A stretch of 64,000 nt of DNA from Minisyncoccota bacterium (lineage in GTDB: Bacteria; Patescibacteriota; Minisyncoccia; Phycocordibacterales; UBA2100): assembly GCA_035708165.1 (NCBI GenBank), contig DASSSZ010000001.1:25772-89771 (forward strand), given 5' to 3'. Positions 40,137 to 49,968 of this stretch are shown one piece after another; position 1 is the stretch's first letter, and the number at the start of each line of letters is the position of its first letter. The notes below the pieces were generated by a model. The model ran no database searches. It saw nothing but the letters and a program-made list of their open reading frames with translations, and was not told where the DNA came from. The translations under genes and the position numbers were made by a program.

Positions 40137-42794
40137 ATGACAGCCAAGAAGACAACGAGCCATAAGAAAGAGGAGCGCATCGGCGCGGATGCCGGGGCGG
40201 GCAAGATCGTCATCAAAGGCGCTCGGACGCACAACCTCAAGAACATCTCGGTCGAGATGCCGCGTGATCGGATGGTCATCCTCACGGGCCTCTCCGGCTC
40301 GGGCAAGTCCTCGCTCGCGTTCGACACCATTTTCGCCGAAGGGCAGCGCAAGTACGTGGAATCGCTTTCCTCCTACGCGCGCCAGTTCCTGCGCCAGATG
40401 CAGAAGCCGGATGTGGATGAGATCGCGGGCCTTTCGCCGGCGATCTCGATCGACCAGAAGAGCCGCTCGAACAACCCGCGCTCGACGGTTGCGACGATCA
40501 CGGAGATCTACGACTACCTGCGCGTCCTCTATGCGCGCATCGGCACGCCGCATTGCATGGTCTGCGGCCGGCCGGTGAAGAAGCTCTCGAACGAGGAGAT
40601 CCTGCAGACGGTGCTCACGGTCGTCGAAGACGCGCGCAAGGGCGCGAAAGGCGCGAAGGTCATGGGCGTTCCTATCAGCGACGCCACGATCAGGATCGCG
40701 AGCCCGGTCGTGATGGGCCGCAAGGGCGAGTACTACCAGATGCTCTACGATATGCTCAACAAGGGCTACGAGCGGGCCGTCATCGACGGCGTCGCGCACT
40801 CGCTGCGCGAGCGCGTGGAACTGGCGAAGAACAAGAACCACGATATCGATATCGTGATCGATGAGCTCTACCTCACTGAATTCGCGGATGATCCCAAGGG
40901 CGCGACGGAGCGCATCTCGGAAGCGATCGAGCGCGCGCTCCATGAGAGCGACGGCTTGGTACGCATCATCAAGCCGGATGGGGAGAGCGCCGTCGTCTCG
41001 GCGAAGTTCCTGTGCCCGTACGACGGCTTCTCCTTCCCGGAGGTCGAGCCGCGCCTCTTCTCATTCAATTCGCCGTACGGCGCGTGCCCGGTCTGCAATG
41101 GCCTCGGCACCAAGTACCTCTTCAGCGACGAGCCGTGCGAGGCATGCCATGGCGCGCGGCTGCGTCCGGAGGCGATGCACGTGCTGCTCGGCGGTGATCT
41201 CAAGAGCGGCGTGAATATCGTAGACCTGGCAGGGAAGTCGATCGAGGATGCGTACGACTTCTTTCTTACGCTCGAGCTCACGAAGATGGAGGCCGAGATC
41301 GCGAAGGCCGTCCTGCGCGAGATCACGAGCCGGCTCGAGTTCATGCGCGACGTCGGCATCGGGTATCTCACGCTCGACCGCCGCGCCAATACGCTCTCGG
41401 GCGGCGAGGCGCAGCGCATTCGGCTCGCGAGCCAGCTTGGCAGCGGGCTCGTGGGCGCCCTCTACGTGCTCGATGAGCCGACGATCGGGCTCCACCAGCG
41501 CGATAACGACCGCCTGATCCGCACGCTCACGAACCTGCGCGACCTCGGGAACACCATCGTGGTCGTGGAGCACGACGAAGACACGATCCTCGCGGCGGAC
41601 TACATCGTGGACATGGGTCCGGGTGCCGGCACGCACGGGGGCACTGTCGTCGTGGCGGGCTGGCTCGACGAGCTGCTTTCCGCCAAGACGAACGCGAGCG
41701 GATCGCGCACGCTTTCGTACCTGCGCGGCGAAGAAGTGATCCCGGTGCCGGAGGAACGGCGTACCAAGGAGAAAGGCGAGATCAAGATCACGGGCGCGAC
41801 CAAGTTCAGCCTGCAGAATCTCTCCGCCAAGGTGCCGCTCGGCCGCCTGGTCGCCATCACTGGCGTCTCCGGCTCAGGGAAATCAACCTTCCTGTATGAG
41901 ATCCTCTGGCGGAACCTGCGCGCGAAGCTCGACCGCAAGTACCGCACGGCGCACCTTTACAACGTCGCCGGCTTCGAGGGGGCGCAGGATTACCTCGGCC
42001 GCATGGTCCTGATCGACCAGTCGCCAATCGGGCGCACGCCGCGCAGCAACCCGGCCACCTACACGGGCGCCTTCACGCACATCCGCGATATCTTCGCGAT
42101 GACGCCGGAAGCGCAGGCCCGCGGGTGGAAATCCGGCCGCTTCTCGTTCAATACCAAAGGCGGGCGCTGCGAGGCGTGCCAGGGCAACGGCGTCGTCGCC
42201 GTCGAGATGCACTTCCTGCCGACCGTCTACGTGACCTGCGATGTCTGCAACGGCACGCGATTCATGAAGGAGACGCTCGAAGTGAAGTACAAGGGCAAGA
42301 GCATCACCGACGTGCTCAATATGACGATCGAGGAGGGGTGCGCCTTCTTCACCGATATCCCGGCGATCGCTGACCGGCTGCAGACGCTTTCTGACGTGGG
42401 CCTCGGATACCTCACGCTCGGCCAGAGCGCGACCACGCTCTCCGGCGGCGAGGCGCAACGCGTGAAGATCGCCTCGGAGCTCTTCCGGCCGAACACGACC
42501 AAGACGATGTACCTGCTCGATGAGCCGACGGTGGGGCTCCACTATGACGATGTCGCCAAGCTTATCGAGATCCTGCACACGCTCGTGGACCGCGGAAATT
42601 CGGTCGTAGTGATCGAGCACAACCTCGATGTCATCAAGAACGCCGACTACATCCTCGACTTCGGCCCGGAGGGCGGCGCGGCGGGCGGCAAGATCGTCGC
42701 GAAAGGGACGCCTGAGCAGGTCGCGAACGATGCGGATTCGCCGACCGGACCGTATCTCGCGCGCGAGCTGAAGAAGGAGAAGAGGGCCCGCTAG
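40137..42794 (+). CDS. uvrA: Excinuclease ABC subunit A (compact, 885 aa)
   Basis: GARTHNLKN, GLSGSGKSS, two LSGGEAQR, GRTPRSNPATY, zinc motifs. Confidence 0.98.
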   Translation: MTAKKTTSHKKEERIGADAGAGKIVIKGARTHNLKNISVEMPRDRMVILTGLSGSGKSSLAFDTIFAEGQRKYVESLSSYARQFLRQMQKPDVDEIAGLSPAISIDQKSRSNNPRSTVATITEIYDYLRVLYARIGTPHCMVCGRPVKKLSNEEILQTVLTVVEDARKGAKGAKVMGVPISDATIRIASPVVMGRKGEYYQMLYDMLNKGYERAVIDGVAHSLRERVELAKNKNHDIDIVIDELYLTEFADDPKGATERISEAIERALHESDGLVRIIKPDGESAVVSAKFLCPYDGFSFPEVEPRLFSFNSPYGACPVCNGLGTKYLFSDEPCEACHGARLRPEAMHVLLGGDLKSGVNIVDLAGKSIEDAYDFFLTLELTKMEAEIAKAVLREITSRLEFMRDVGIGYLTLDRRANTLSGGEAQRIRLASQLGSGLVGALYVLDEPTIGLHQRDNDRLIRTLTNLRDLGNTIVVVEHDEDTILAADYIVDMGPGAGTHGGTVVVAGWLDELLSAKTNASGSRTLSYLRGEEVIPVPEERRTKEKGEIKITGATKFSLQNLSAKVPLGRLVAITGVSGSGKSTFLYEILWRNLRAKLDRKYRTAHLYNVAGFEGAQDYLGRMVLIDQSPIGRTPRSNPATYTGAFTHIRDIFAMTPEAQARGWKSGRFSFNTKGGRCEACQGNGVVAVEMHFLPTVYVTCDVCNGTRFMKETLEVKYKGKSITDVLNMTIEEGCAFFTDIPAIADRLQTLSDVGLGYLTLGQSATTLSGGEAQRVKIASELFRPNTTKTMYLLDEPTVGLHYDDVAKLIEILHTLVDRGNSVVVIEHNLDVIKNADYILDFGPEGGAAGGKIVAKGTPEQVANDADSPTGPYLARELKKEKRAR

Positions 42795-42891
42795 CGGCAC
42801 CCCCGCTTCTCCACAGCTGCAATCGCCCGGCGTGCGGTACTATGAGGGTCTAGAGAGACTCCTTCCCACTCGTACGAAAGCGAGGTGCTCC

Positions 42892-43137
42892 ATGAGCACA
42901 GAGCCGACAGTTGATCAGGTCATCGCCCAGCTGCTCGAAGTATCCGGATGCAGGGATCGCGAAGACCTGCTCGCCTTCGCGTGCACGCTTTACGTCAGCC
43001 CGGGCTCGACAGGCTGCACGAGCTATGAAGTCGCGCACGCGCTCGCCGAGATCGAACAGGGCATCATCCCCGACCTGCTTGCTCCGTGGCATGCGCTCAT
43101 CCGCGAGGAGCGAACGGCAGTGATGGCTGCGGCATAA
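42892..43137 (+). CDS. Orphan 81-aa protein
   Basis: GAGGTG SD, upstream TACTAT -10. Confidence 0.55.
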   Translation: MSTEPTVDQVIAQLLEVSGCRDREDLLAFACTLYVSPGSTGCTSYEVAHALAEIEQGIIPDLLAPWHALIREERTAVMAAA

Positions 43138-43237
43138 GGATGGCCGCCGCGCTCGTGCGCGGCGGCTCGCTGTCTTCCGGCGTCGCCTTCGTGGTGCGCA
43201 TGGAAGAAGCCGCCGCGAAAGATCGCGGCGGCTGTCG

Positions 43238-43546
43238 TCATGCGACGGTTTCCAAGAGGCTTCCTTTCACGCGAGCCGGCGGCCGTATCCTGCGCGTACG
43301 CGCAGCACCTCGGACCATGCGGAGCTCAGTGCGCAGCTCCTCGAGCGACGCGCGCCATTCCGGGCGCAGCGCTCCTCGCACGGCTTCGGCCTCGAGGCCG
43401 CGCCGCATATTCGCAAGCGAGTGCACATCGAACGCGACGAGCCGGGTGCGCACCTCCTTGATCATGCCCGAGGTGGGCTCGGTACGGAACGTGAGCATCA
43501 GGCAGATAGCATCTATGGATCGGCATTTCGTATACGAATGCTTCAT
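43238..43546 (-). CDS. Orphan 102-aa protein
   Basis: GGGAGG SD, TTGACA-17-TATTCC overlapping the divergent uvrC promoter. Confidence 0.55.
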   Translation of the reverse strand: MKHSYTKCRSIDAICLMLTFRTEPTSGMIKEVRTRLVAFDVHSLANMRRGLEAEAVRGALRPEWRASLEELRTELRMVRGAARTRRIRPPARVKGSLLETVA

Positions 43547-43605
43547 GCACGCCTCCCAATCTCTGTTTTTAGGGAATAGCACTCTTATGCTATAGTGTCA
43601 ATACT

Positions 43606-44883
43606 ATGGTGCGCGAGGATCTTGCCAGCTACGATCTCCCGGACGAACCGGGCGTGTACGTCTTCCGCAACGCGAAGCGGCAGATCCTCTACATCGGCCG
43701 AGCCACTTCGCTGAAGAGCCGCGTGCGCAGCTACTTCGCGCCCGACCTCATCGAGAGCCGCGGGCCGCGCATCGTCGCGATGGTGGAGGCGGCACGGCAC
43801 CTCACATGGGAGACGACTGATTCCGTGCTCGAAGCGATCATTCTCGAAGCCAACCTCATCAAGAAGCACCAGCCCCCGTACAATGTCGACGAGAAGGATA
43901 ATAAGAGCTGGAACTACGTCGTGATCACGAAGGAGGCGTTCCCGCGCGTCTTGCTCGTGCGCGGACGATCGCTCTTCGGCGAGTGGGACGAGAAGGACAT
44001 CAAGCATCTCTTCGGTCCGTTCCCGCAGGGCTCGACCCTGAAGGAAGCGCTCAAGATCGTCCGCAGCATCTTCCCGTACCGCGACAGGTGCACGCCGTGC
44101 ACCGAGCAGAAGGCGCATGCGGCCGGCCGGCCGTGCAAGCCGTGCTTCGACCGGCAGCTCGGCCTATGCCCCGGCGTTTGCTCGGGCGAGGTGAGCGAGA
44201 AGGAGTATGCGACGACCATCCGGCACATCGCGGCTCTTTTCTCTGGCAAGAAGAAGACGCTCCTCGCCGAGCTCGGTCGCGATATGAAGCGCGCCGCACG
44301 GCAGGAGCGCTTCGAGGAGGCGGCGAAGATCCGCGGCCAGATCGCAGCCCTGACGCATATCCGCGATGTCGCGCTCATCAAGAATACGAGCCGCGTCAGC
44401 AATGGGGGTGCCGGGATCCGCATCGAGGGCTACGATATCGCGCATACGGCCGGCACGGACACGGTGGGAATCATGGTCGTCATTCACGATGGCGAGGTCT
44501 CCCGCGGCGATGTGCGCAAATTCCGCGTCCGTACCGTGACGAATAACGACCCGGCTGCGCTCGCCGAGATCGTGAGCCGGCGTCTCGACCATCCCGAATG
44601 GCCGCTGCCGCGCCTCTTCGTGATAGACGGCAGCAAGGCGCAGGTTGGCGCGGTGGAACGCGTACTCGAGAAAGCGGGCGTGGGGATCCCGGTCGTCGGT
44701 GTCGTGAAGGACGAGAAGCACCGGCCCCGCGGCTTCATCGGGGAATCCGCGATCATCAGCTCGCACCAGCGGGAGATCCTCCTCGCCGATGACGAGGCGC
44801 ATAAGCGCGCCATCGGCTACCATCATTACCGGCAGCGCGCACGCATCGCGCCGGGCACGCGCACGCGCAAGCGGGACGCGTGA
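43606..44883 (+). CDS. uvrC: Excinuclease ABC subunit C (short form)
   Basis: PGVY...YIGRA GIY-YIG, Cys-rich region, FEEAAKIR UVR, RIEGYDIAH and VIDGS RNase H-like domain. Confidence 0.9.
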   Translation: MVREDLASYDLPDEPGVYVFRNAKRQILYIGRATSLKSRVRSYFAPDLIESRGPRIVAMVEAARHLTWETTDSVLEAIILEANLIKKHQPPYNVDEKDNKSWNYVVITKEAFPRVLLVRGRSLFGEWDEKDIKHLFGPFPQGSTLKEALKIVRSIFPYRDRCTPCTEQKAHAAGRPCKPCFDRQLGLCPGVCSGEVSEKEYATTIRHIAALFSGKKKTLLAELGRDMKRAARQERFEEAAKIRGQIAALTHIRDVALIKNTSRVSNGGAGIRIEGYDIAHTAGTDTVGIMVVIHDGEVSRGDVRKFRVRTVTNNDPAALAEIVSRRLDHPEWPLPRLFVIDGSKAQVGAVERVLEKAGVGIPVVGVVKDEKHRPRGFIGESAIISSHQREILLADDEAHKRAIGYHHYRQRARIAPGTRTRKRDA

Positions 44884-44909
44884 TGTTCGCGCGATGCTAT
44901 ACTACCCGC

Positions 44910-45887
44910 ATGCCTCGCACGACTGTCGGCATCCTGCGCGGCGGGCCGTCGCCTGAGTACGACGTCTCGCTCAAGACCGGTTCGGCGCTCCTCAACGCGC
45001 TGCCTGAGGATCGCTATCTCGTGCGCGATGTCTTCATCGATAAGCGCGGCGAGTGGCACTTGCACGGCAAGGCGACGGAGCCGGCGCGCATCCTCCAGCA
45101 GCTCGATGCCGTCCTCAATGGATTGCATGGCACCTACGGGGAAGACGGCACGGTGCAGCGCATCCTCGAGCGCTCGCGAGTGCCGTTCGCTGGCACGCGC
45201 GCGAGCGCTTCATCGCTCGCGATGCATAAGGCACGCACGCAGGCGCACCTCGCGCAGCATGGCGTGCGCATGCCGCGCACAGTCCACCTCTCGCTCGCGA
45301 AAGTGGGCACGACGCCCATGGGCGATCTCGCGCAGGGCGTCTTCCAGCGCTTCGGGCCCCCGTACGTGGTGAAGCCGGCGCGCCTGGGCTCATCCGTCGG
45401 CGTGCGCATCATCAATTCCGTCCACGACCTGCCGCAGGCGCTCGCGGATGCGCTCAGCGCCTTCGACCACATCCTCGTGCAAGAGCACATTGCCGGGCGC
45501 GAAGCGACAGTGGGCGTGATCGAGCGCTTCCGCGGCCAAGACCTGTATGCGCTCCCTGCCGTCGAGATCGTGCCGAAGCGCTCTTTCTTCGATTACGAGG
45601 CGAAGTACGCCGGCGCGTCTGAAGAGCGCTGCCCGAGCACCTTCGACAGCGCGACCAAGCTCGAACTCGAGGAGCTCGCGAAGCACGTGCATGAGTCCAT
45701 GGAGCTTGCGCACTACTCGCGCTCCGATTTCATCGTGCACCCGTCTGGCCGCGTCTACTTCCTCGAAGTGAATACGCTCCCAGGGCTCACCGAGCAGTCG
45801 CTCATGCCGCTCGCGCTCTCGGCAGTCGGCTCATCGCTTTCGGAATTCGCAGAGCACCTCGTGAAGCTTGCCCGCGATGATTCCTGA
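44910..45887 (+). CDS. ddl: D-alanine--D-alanine ligase
   Basis: GGPSPEYDVSL, LHGTYGEDG, VKP..GSSVG, FDYEAKY, SRSDF, LEVNTLPG. Confidence 0.95.
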   Translation: MPRTTVGILRGGPSPEYDVSLKTGSALLNALPEDRYLVRDVFIDKRGEWHLHGKATEPARILQQLDAVLNGLHGTYGEDGTVQRILERSRVPFAGTRASASSLAMHKARTQAHLAQHGVRMPRTVHLSLAKVGTTPMGDLAQGVFQRFGPPYVVKPARLGSSVGVRIINSVHDLPQALADALSAFDHILVQEHIAGREATVGVIERFRGQDLYALPAVEIVPKRSFFDYEAKYAGASEERCPSTFDSATKLELEELAKHVHESMELAHYSRSDFIVHPSGRVYFLEVNTLPGLTEQSLMPLALSAVGSSLSEFAEHLVKLARDDS

Positions 45888-45940
45888 GCATCGGCGCGCA
45901 ACCCGCTTGCAGATACGCCCTAAACAGCTATCCTGGACGT

Positions 45941-46285
45941 ATGGACGACGGCCTGACACAGAAGAAATGCATCCCGTGCGAAGTCGGCGGCCTCGCGCTC
46001 ACGCGCATTGAAGCCGATGCCTTGCTGGCGCAGGTCCCCGGCTGGACCCTGAACCAGGACGCGAAGCGCCTCTCACGAGCGCTTCCGTTCGCTGATTTCA
46101 AGTCCGCGCTGGCGTTCGCGGATCGGGTAGGGGAGCTCGCGGAAAAGGAAGGCCACCACCCGGTGCTCACCGTCGCATGGGGATCGCTCGGAATCGAGCT
46201 CTGGACGCACGCCGTCGGCGGCCTCTCGGAGAACGACTTCATCATGGCTGCAAAGATCAGCAGTATGATACCGGACAGGCAATGA
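45941..46285 (+). CDS. Pterin-4a-carbinolamine dehydratase family protein
   Basis: CIPCE, AEKEGHHP, WTHAVGGLSENDFIMAAKI. Confidence 0.92.
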   Translation: MDDGLTQKKCIPCEVGGLALTRIEADALLAQVPGWTLNQDAKRLSRALPFADFKSALAFADRVGELAEKEGHHPVLTVAWGSLGIELWTHAVGGLSENDFIMAAKISSMIPDRQ

Positions 46286-46300
46286 GAGAGGATCTGAAGG

Positions 46301-46651
46301 ATGCCTGGACGTGGACGCAAGCGGCGCGGACCGCCCTCTCGCGAGGCAGTAATCCGTGCGTTGAGGGCGCGCGGCACCGATGATCGGTCGGCCCGCAAGC
46401 TGCTGGCTGCGTGGATAGCGGGACAGGGAGATCCGGCAGCGAAATCGCTTCGTAGCGATATGCATGCGCGAGTCATTGCGCGGCTCCGGATGGAGCTTGG
46501 CATCGCCGCGGTGTACCGCGACGCAGGGCTCCGGGCGATCGCACTCGAGACATATCGGAATGCGGCAGCGGCGTTGCGGCAGCAGCATACTGATGACGTC
46601 TGGCCGCTCTATGAGGAAGCCCTCATGCAGATCGACGCGCTTGAGCGATAG
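46301..46651 (+). CDS. Hypothetical helical protein
   Basis: ORF fills the gap and is followed by a hairpin; no motif recognised. Confidence 0.5.
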   Translation: MPGRGRKRRGPPSREAVIRALRARGTDDRSARKLLAAWIAGQGDPAAKSLRSDMHARVIARLRMELGIAAVYRDAGLRAIALETYRNAAAALRQQHTDDVWPLYEEALMQIDALER

Positions 46652-46676
46652 GCAAGCAAGAAAATGCCCGCACGGT

Positions 46677-47273
46677 TCACCGTGCGGGCATCGTTGGCAA
46701 TAGGTGCGCGAGGACCTCTGACCAGCTGCTCACGCGCGTGACGCCACGCACCGGCGGCTCTTGGTTCCATGGCCGATCGAACAGGTACGCGGAAATACCT
46801 GCGTGCGCGGCATCCGCCGCGTTATGCAAGGCGTCATCGATCAAAGCCACGGCCTCTTCCTCGATGCAGACCTGCGATTTGGGAACGAGCGCGCGCCCGT
46901 CATCGCGCCTGCCGGTGTACCGCACTGCGCTGATCGTGCCGGGAAAATGGCGCTCGATCACTGACACCGTCGCTTCTTGCAGGAAATCTGATCGCGCCGT
47001 CACGACGACGAGGCGGTAGTGCTCGCGCAAGAGGGAGAGCGCTTCCGCAGCGTCCGGGAGCACCTCAACCTCGCGGCTGTGGTGCAGGTGGAATTCCGCG
47101 CAACGCAGATGCATCTCATCCTCGGTGCACCCGTACACGAGATGCAAGGAATAGGAGGAAATGCCCTCGTACGTGACGGCGGTGCCGAATCTCCCGTTGT
47201 GATAGGCGAGGAATGCGCGCTGGAAATCGACGAGCGAGTCGTCGAGATCGAGCGCAAGGGTAGGCAGTGACAT
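46677..47273 (-). CDS. 5'(3')-deoxyribonucleotidase (NT5C-like HAD hydrolase)
   Basis: ALDLDDSL, VVTAR, K, LIDD, RPWN, RVSSW; AGGAGG SD and TTGACG-17-TATCGT. Confidence 0.88.
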   Translation of the reverse strand: MSLPTLALDLDDSLVDFQRAFLAYHNGRFGTAVTYEGISSYSLHLVYGCTEDEMHLRCAEFHLHHSREVEVLPDAAEALSLLREHYRLVVVTARSDFLQEATVSVIERHFPGTISAVRYTGRRDDGRALVPKSQVCIEEEAVALIDDALHNAADAAHAGISAYLFDRPWNQEPPVRGVTRVSSWSEVLAHLLPTMPAR

Positions 47274-47369
47274 AAGGAACCTCCTGATCTCTATTGACGA
47301 TACGCGCACCGATCCGGTGCGTCAATCGCTTCCGTTTCTGCCCGAGAATTGCTACAGTAGTGCCTGTCC

Positions 47370-47390
47370 GGGCCCTTAGCTCAGTTGGTA
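47370..47390 (+). repeat. Exact copy of the first 21 nt of tRNA-Ala
   Basis: GGGCCCTTAGCTCAGTTGGTA identical to 47411-47431. Confidence 0.9.
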
Positions 47391-47410
47391 AGTTCTTTGG
47401 GAATCTTGGT

Positions 47411-47486
47411 GGGCCCTTAGCTCAGTTGGTAGAGCGCCACATTTGCAATGTGGATGTCAGCGGTTCGAATCCGCTAGGGTCCACCA
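47411..47486 (+). tRNA. tRNA-Ala(TGC)
   Basis: Full cloverleaf, G3-U70, anticodon loop TTTGCAA, encoded CCA. Confidence 0.96.
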
Positions 47487-47563
47487 AGATTCTCAACGAA
47501 CTTCCTGCCTGCCCTCGCCTCGGAAAAGAAAAACAACTTTCTTTTCGCTCGGCTCGGTTGGCA

Positions 47564-47617
47564 GTAGAGCCCACATTTGCAATGTGGATGTCAGCGGTTC
47601 GAATCCGCTAGGGTCCA
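47564..47617 (+). repeat. Second copy of the tRNA-Ala 3' part (1-nt deletion)
   Basis: GTAGAGC-CCACATTTGCAATGTGG...GGGTCCA, lacks the 5' acceptor strand. Confidence 0.88.
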
Positions 47618-47660
47618 CACAAGAAGAGTCCCGGCGCGTGCGCCGGGGCTTACGGAACAC

Positions 47661-48722
47661 TTACTCTCCGTCTGCGAAGCAGGAGCGCATCACATCCTCT
47701 GCGGGCTTGCCGAGCGGTCCGTAGCCGCCGTCCTTCGATGGGTCGGCGGGGAGCCACACATTCGCCATCCACCAGTACATGCCTGCGAGCCGATGGCTCC
47801 AGACTCTGCAGGCAGCCTCATAGAAGCGCGACTGCTCGAGGAGGTCTACGGCCGTGCCGTGGCTCCAGAGCCAGTTCTTGTCATGCGCGTAGCGCTGCGA
47901 AGTCGTACCGATCTCGCTGAAGACAAGCGGCTTGCCGATCGCCTTCGCACGTGATTCAACCTGCGGAATCCACTTCTGCCAGGCGTCGATGAGCTCATCC
48001 ACGGATGGGTCAAGCGCGGTCGGCGTCTCTAGCCGGAAGAACGCATCCACGCTTACATAGTCGAGCGCGTCCCAGGGGATGTCGGGTGCGATGCCCGAGT
48101 TGGCTGCATAGGTGAGCGTCCCGCTGAAGTGCTTACGCACCTCTGCGATCAGCGCACGCCAGCGGCTGGTGTACTTCTCCATGGAAACGAACTCGGTGCC
48201 GATGATGAGCGAACGTGCATGCATTTCCTCGCCGAGGTCTGCGTAGTGCACGAGGAGCGCGGCATAGCTCGCAAACCAAGCGGCCACGTCCCTCGGATGC
48301 ATCGTGCCGCGCCAATCGCCGCCACGGTCCATGAACGCGTGCTCGTCGATCGTAGGATGCAGCACGACCGCGAAGCCGTAGTCGTACGCTTTCGCAAGGA
48401 AGCGCCGCAGCGCATCATCGCTCGGCGTCTTTTCGCTCACATGCACGCTGCTGCTCGTGAGCGTATCCATGTAGAGCGGCCATTCGAGGCTGATCGCATT
48501 GATGTGATCGGCTAGGAGCCGGTCGAAGAGCTTATAGTCCTTCCAGTCGAGGAGGTCGAGATCCTTCTGGTAATCCTCGCTGTAGAGAACGACATTGATC
48601 CCGCGGTCGGGCGTATCTGCCGACGGCAGCGGTGCGATCAGGCGCGGCGTGGCAGCCGCCGGGAAGCTCAGGAGCGCCAGCCCGGCTGCGAGGAGGAGGG
48701 CTTTTCCGGTAGAGAGGGGCAT
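47661..48722 (-). CDS. Secreted glycoside hydrolase, GH113-like TIM barrel
   Basis: Signal peptide, WRG, IGTEF, LTYAAN, WDALDYVSVDAF, KPLVFSEIG, GMYWW; AAGGAGG SD. Confidence 0.8.
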   Translation of the reverse strand: MPLSTGKALLLAAGLALLSFPAAATPRLIAPLPSADTPDRGINVVLYSEDYQKDLDLLDWKDYKLFDRLLADHINAISLEWPLYMDTLTSSSVHVSEKTPSDDALRRFLAKAYDYGFAVVLHPTIDEHAFMDRGGDWRGTMHPRDVAAWFASYAALLVHYADLGEEMHARSLIIGTEFVSMEKYTSRWRALIAEVRKHFSGTLTYAANSGIAPDIPWDALDYVSVDAFFRLETPTALDPSVDELIDAWQKWIPQVESRAKAIGKPLVFSEIGTTSQRYAHDKNWLWSHGTAVDLLEQSRFYEAACRVWSHRLAGMYWWMANVWLPADPSKDGGYGPLGKPAEDVMRSCFADGE

Positions 48723-48944
48723 GCGAGCCTCCTTCGATGATGAACGATCCTCGTGTAGTGTGCGACATGAAGATGAAGGGCGCATGATGCCGGGTGGCAT
48801 CTGGCCTCATGAGAAATTCATATGGACACCGCTACTATCCACGCGTCCGAGGCAGCGCCGGGAGCAGTGTAAGTCTGCGCCTGTGAGCGCGTCTTCTCGG
48901 ATGTTCGAGCCTGTCTTACGCAATTACCCATTCACGAGTGATCT

Positions 48945-49697
48945 ATGAAGAAATACCCGTTCGTTCTCGTTATCCCACTCATCGCGGCAGGCGCAGCGCT
49001 CCCCGCGACCGCGTTCGCGATGCCGATGATCAGCGCTGATGTCGGCGCGCAGGTCGGCGTTACCGCGACGGCATCCGATGCCGTCTACCACGGCGCTATG
49101 CATGGCACGGACAATGCTGCGGGCGTGCACCTTGATAGCGCGGCGGGCGCGCAGGCCGCCGTCGGCGCAGGCGCGACAGTCGCCGTGCCGCAGGCTGCCG
49201 CGAATGGCATGACGAATGCATCCAGTACCCACGAGCTCTCGAGCAGCACGGTCGGCGCGACCGTCATCCTGCCGGTGGACGTAACGACGAAGGAAGACCT
49301 GAGCGCCTACGCGAAGAGCCTGCCGGCTGAGGATCCGTCCATCGTCGGTGCCGACGCGAGCGCGGACGGATCGATTACCGTCGAGTACGCGCAGCCCGCC
49401 AAGCTCTTCGGCCTGATCCCGGTCACGATCATCTCGCACACGACCGTGACCGCGGGCGAAGACGGCAATGCCGTGGTGAAGACGACGCTCCCGTGGTGGC
49501 ATATCCTTACGAGCAGCAGCGATCTCGCATCGCTCGACAGCACGCTCGCGACCTCGCCGTCGCTTGCAGCCGACGTGACTGCCGATGCGAGCGCATCGCA
49601 GCAGGCGCAGGCGATCGCCACGATCGCCGAGGCGCTCGCCGCGCACGCCAAGGCGCAGGCGAACCTCGAAGCGACCGGCTCGGTCAACGTGCAATAA
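48945..49697 (+). CDS. Exported Ala-rich hypothetical protein
   Basis: Signal peptide ending AFA; PAKLFGLIPV...PWW motif; terminator downstream. Confidence 0.72.
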   Translation: MKKYPFVLVIPLIAAGAALPATAFAMPMISADVGAQVGVTATASDAVYHGAMHGTDNAAGVHLDSAAGAQAAVGAGATVAVPQAAANGMTNASSTHELSSSTVGATVILPVDVTTKEDLSAYAKSLPAEDPSIVGADASADGSITVEYAQPAKLFGLIPVTIISHTTVTAGEDGNAVVKTTLPWWHILTSSSDLASLDSTLATSPSLAADVTADASASQQAQAIATIAEALAAHAKAQANLEATGSVNVQ

Positions 49698-49775
49698 GTG
49701 CGACACGGAAGGGTCCGGAGGACGCCCATGGGCGTCCTTCTTTTTCCGGCGGCTATCGAGTATGCTGGAGCCACT

Positions 49776-49847
49776 CCTCTCGTCGTTCAATGGATAGGAT
49801 ACGGCCCTCCGAAGGCTGCGATGCAGGTTCGATTCCTGCCGAGAGGA
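49776..49847 (+). tRNA. tRNA-Arg(CCG)
   Basis: CCTCTCG/CGAGAGG acceptor stem, loop CTCCGAA, GTTCGATTC. Confidence 0.92.
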
Positions 49848-49968
49848 CAAAAATAACGAGGGCGATGCGGAGCATCGGCTGATTATATTCTTGTACCTCA
49901 TGGCAGGAATCGAAGGCCGGAGCCGATAGACAAGAGCCGACCATTGCATCCGTGCTACGATAGCTTCC

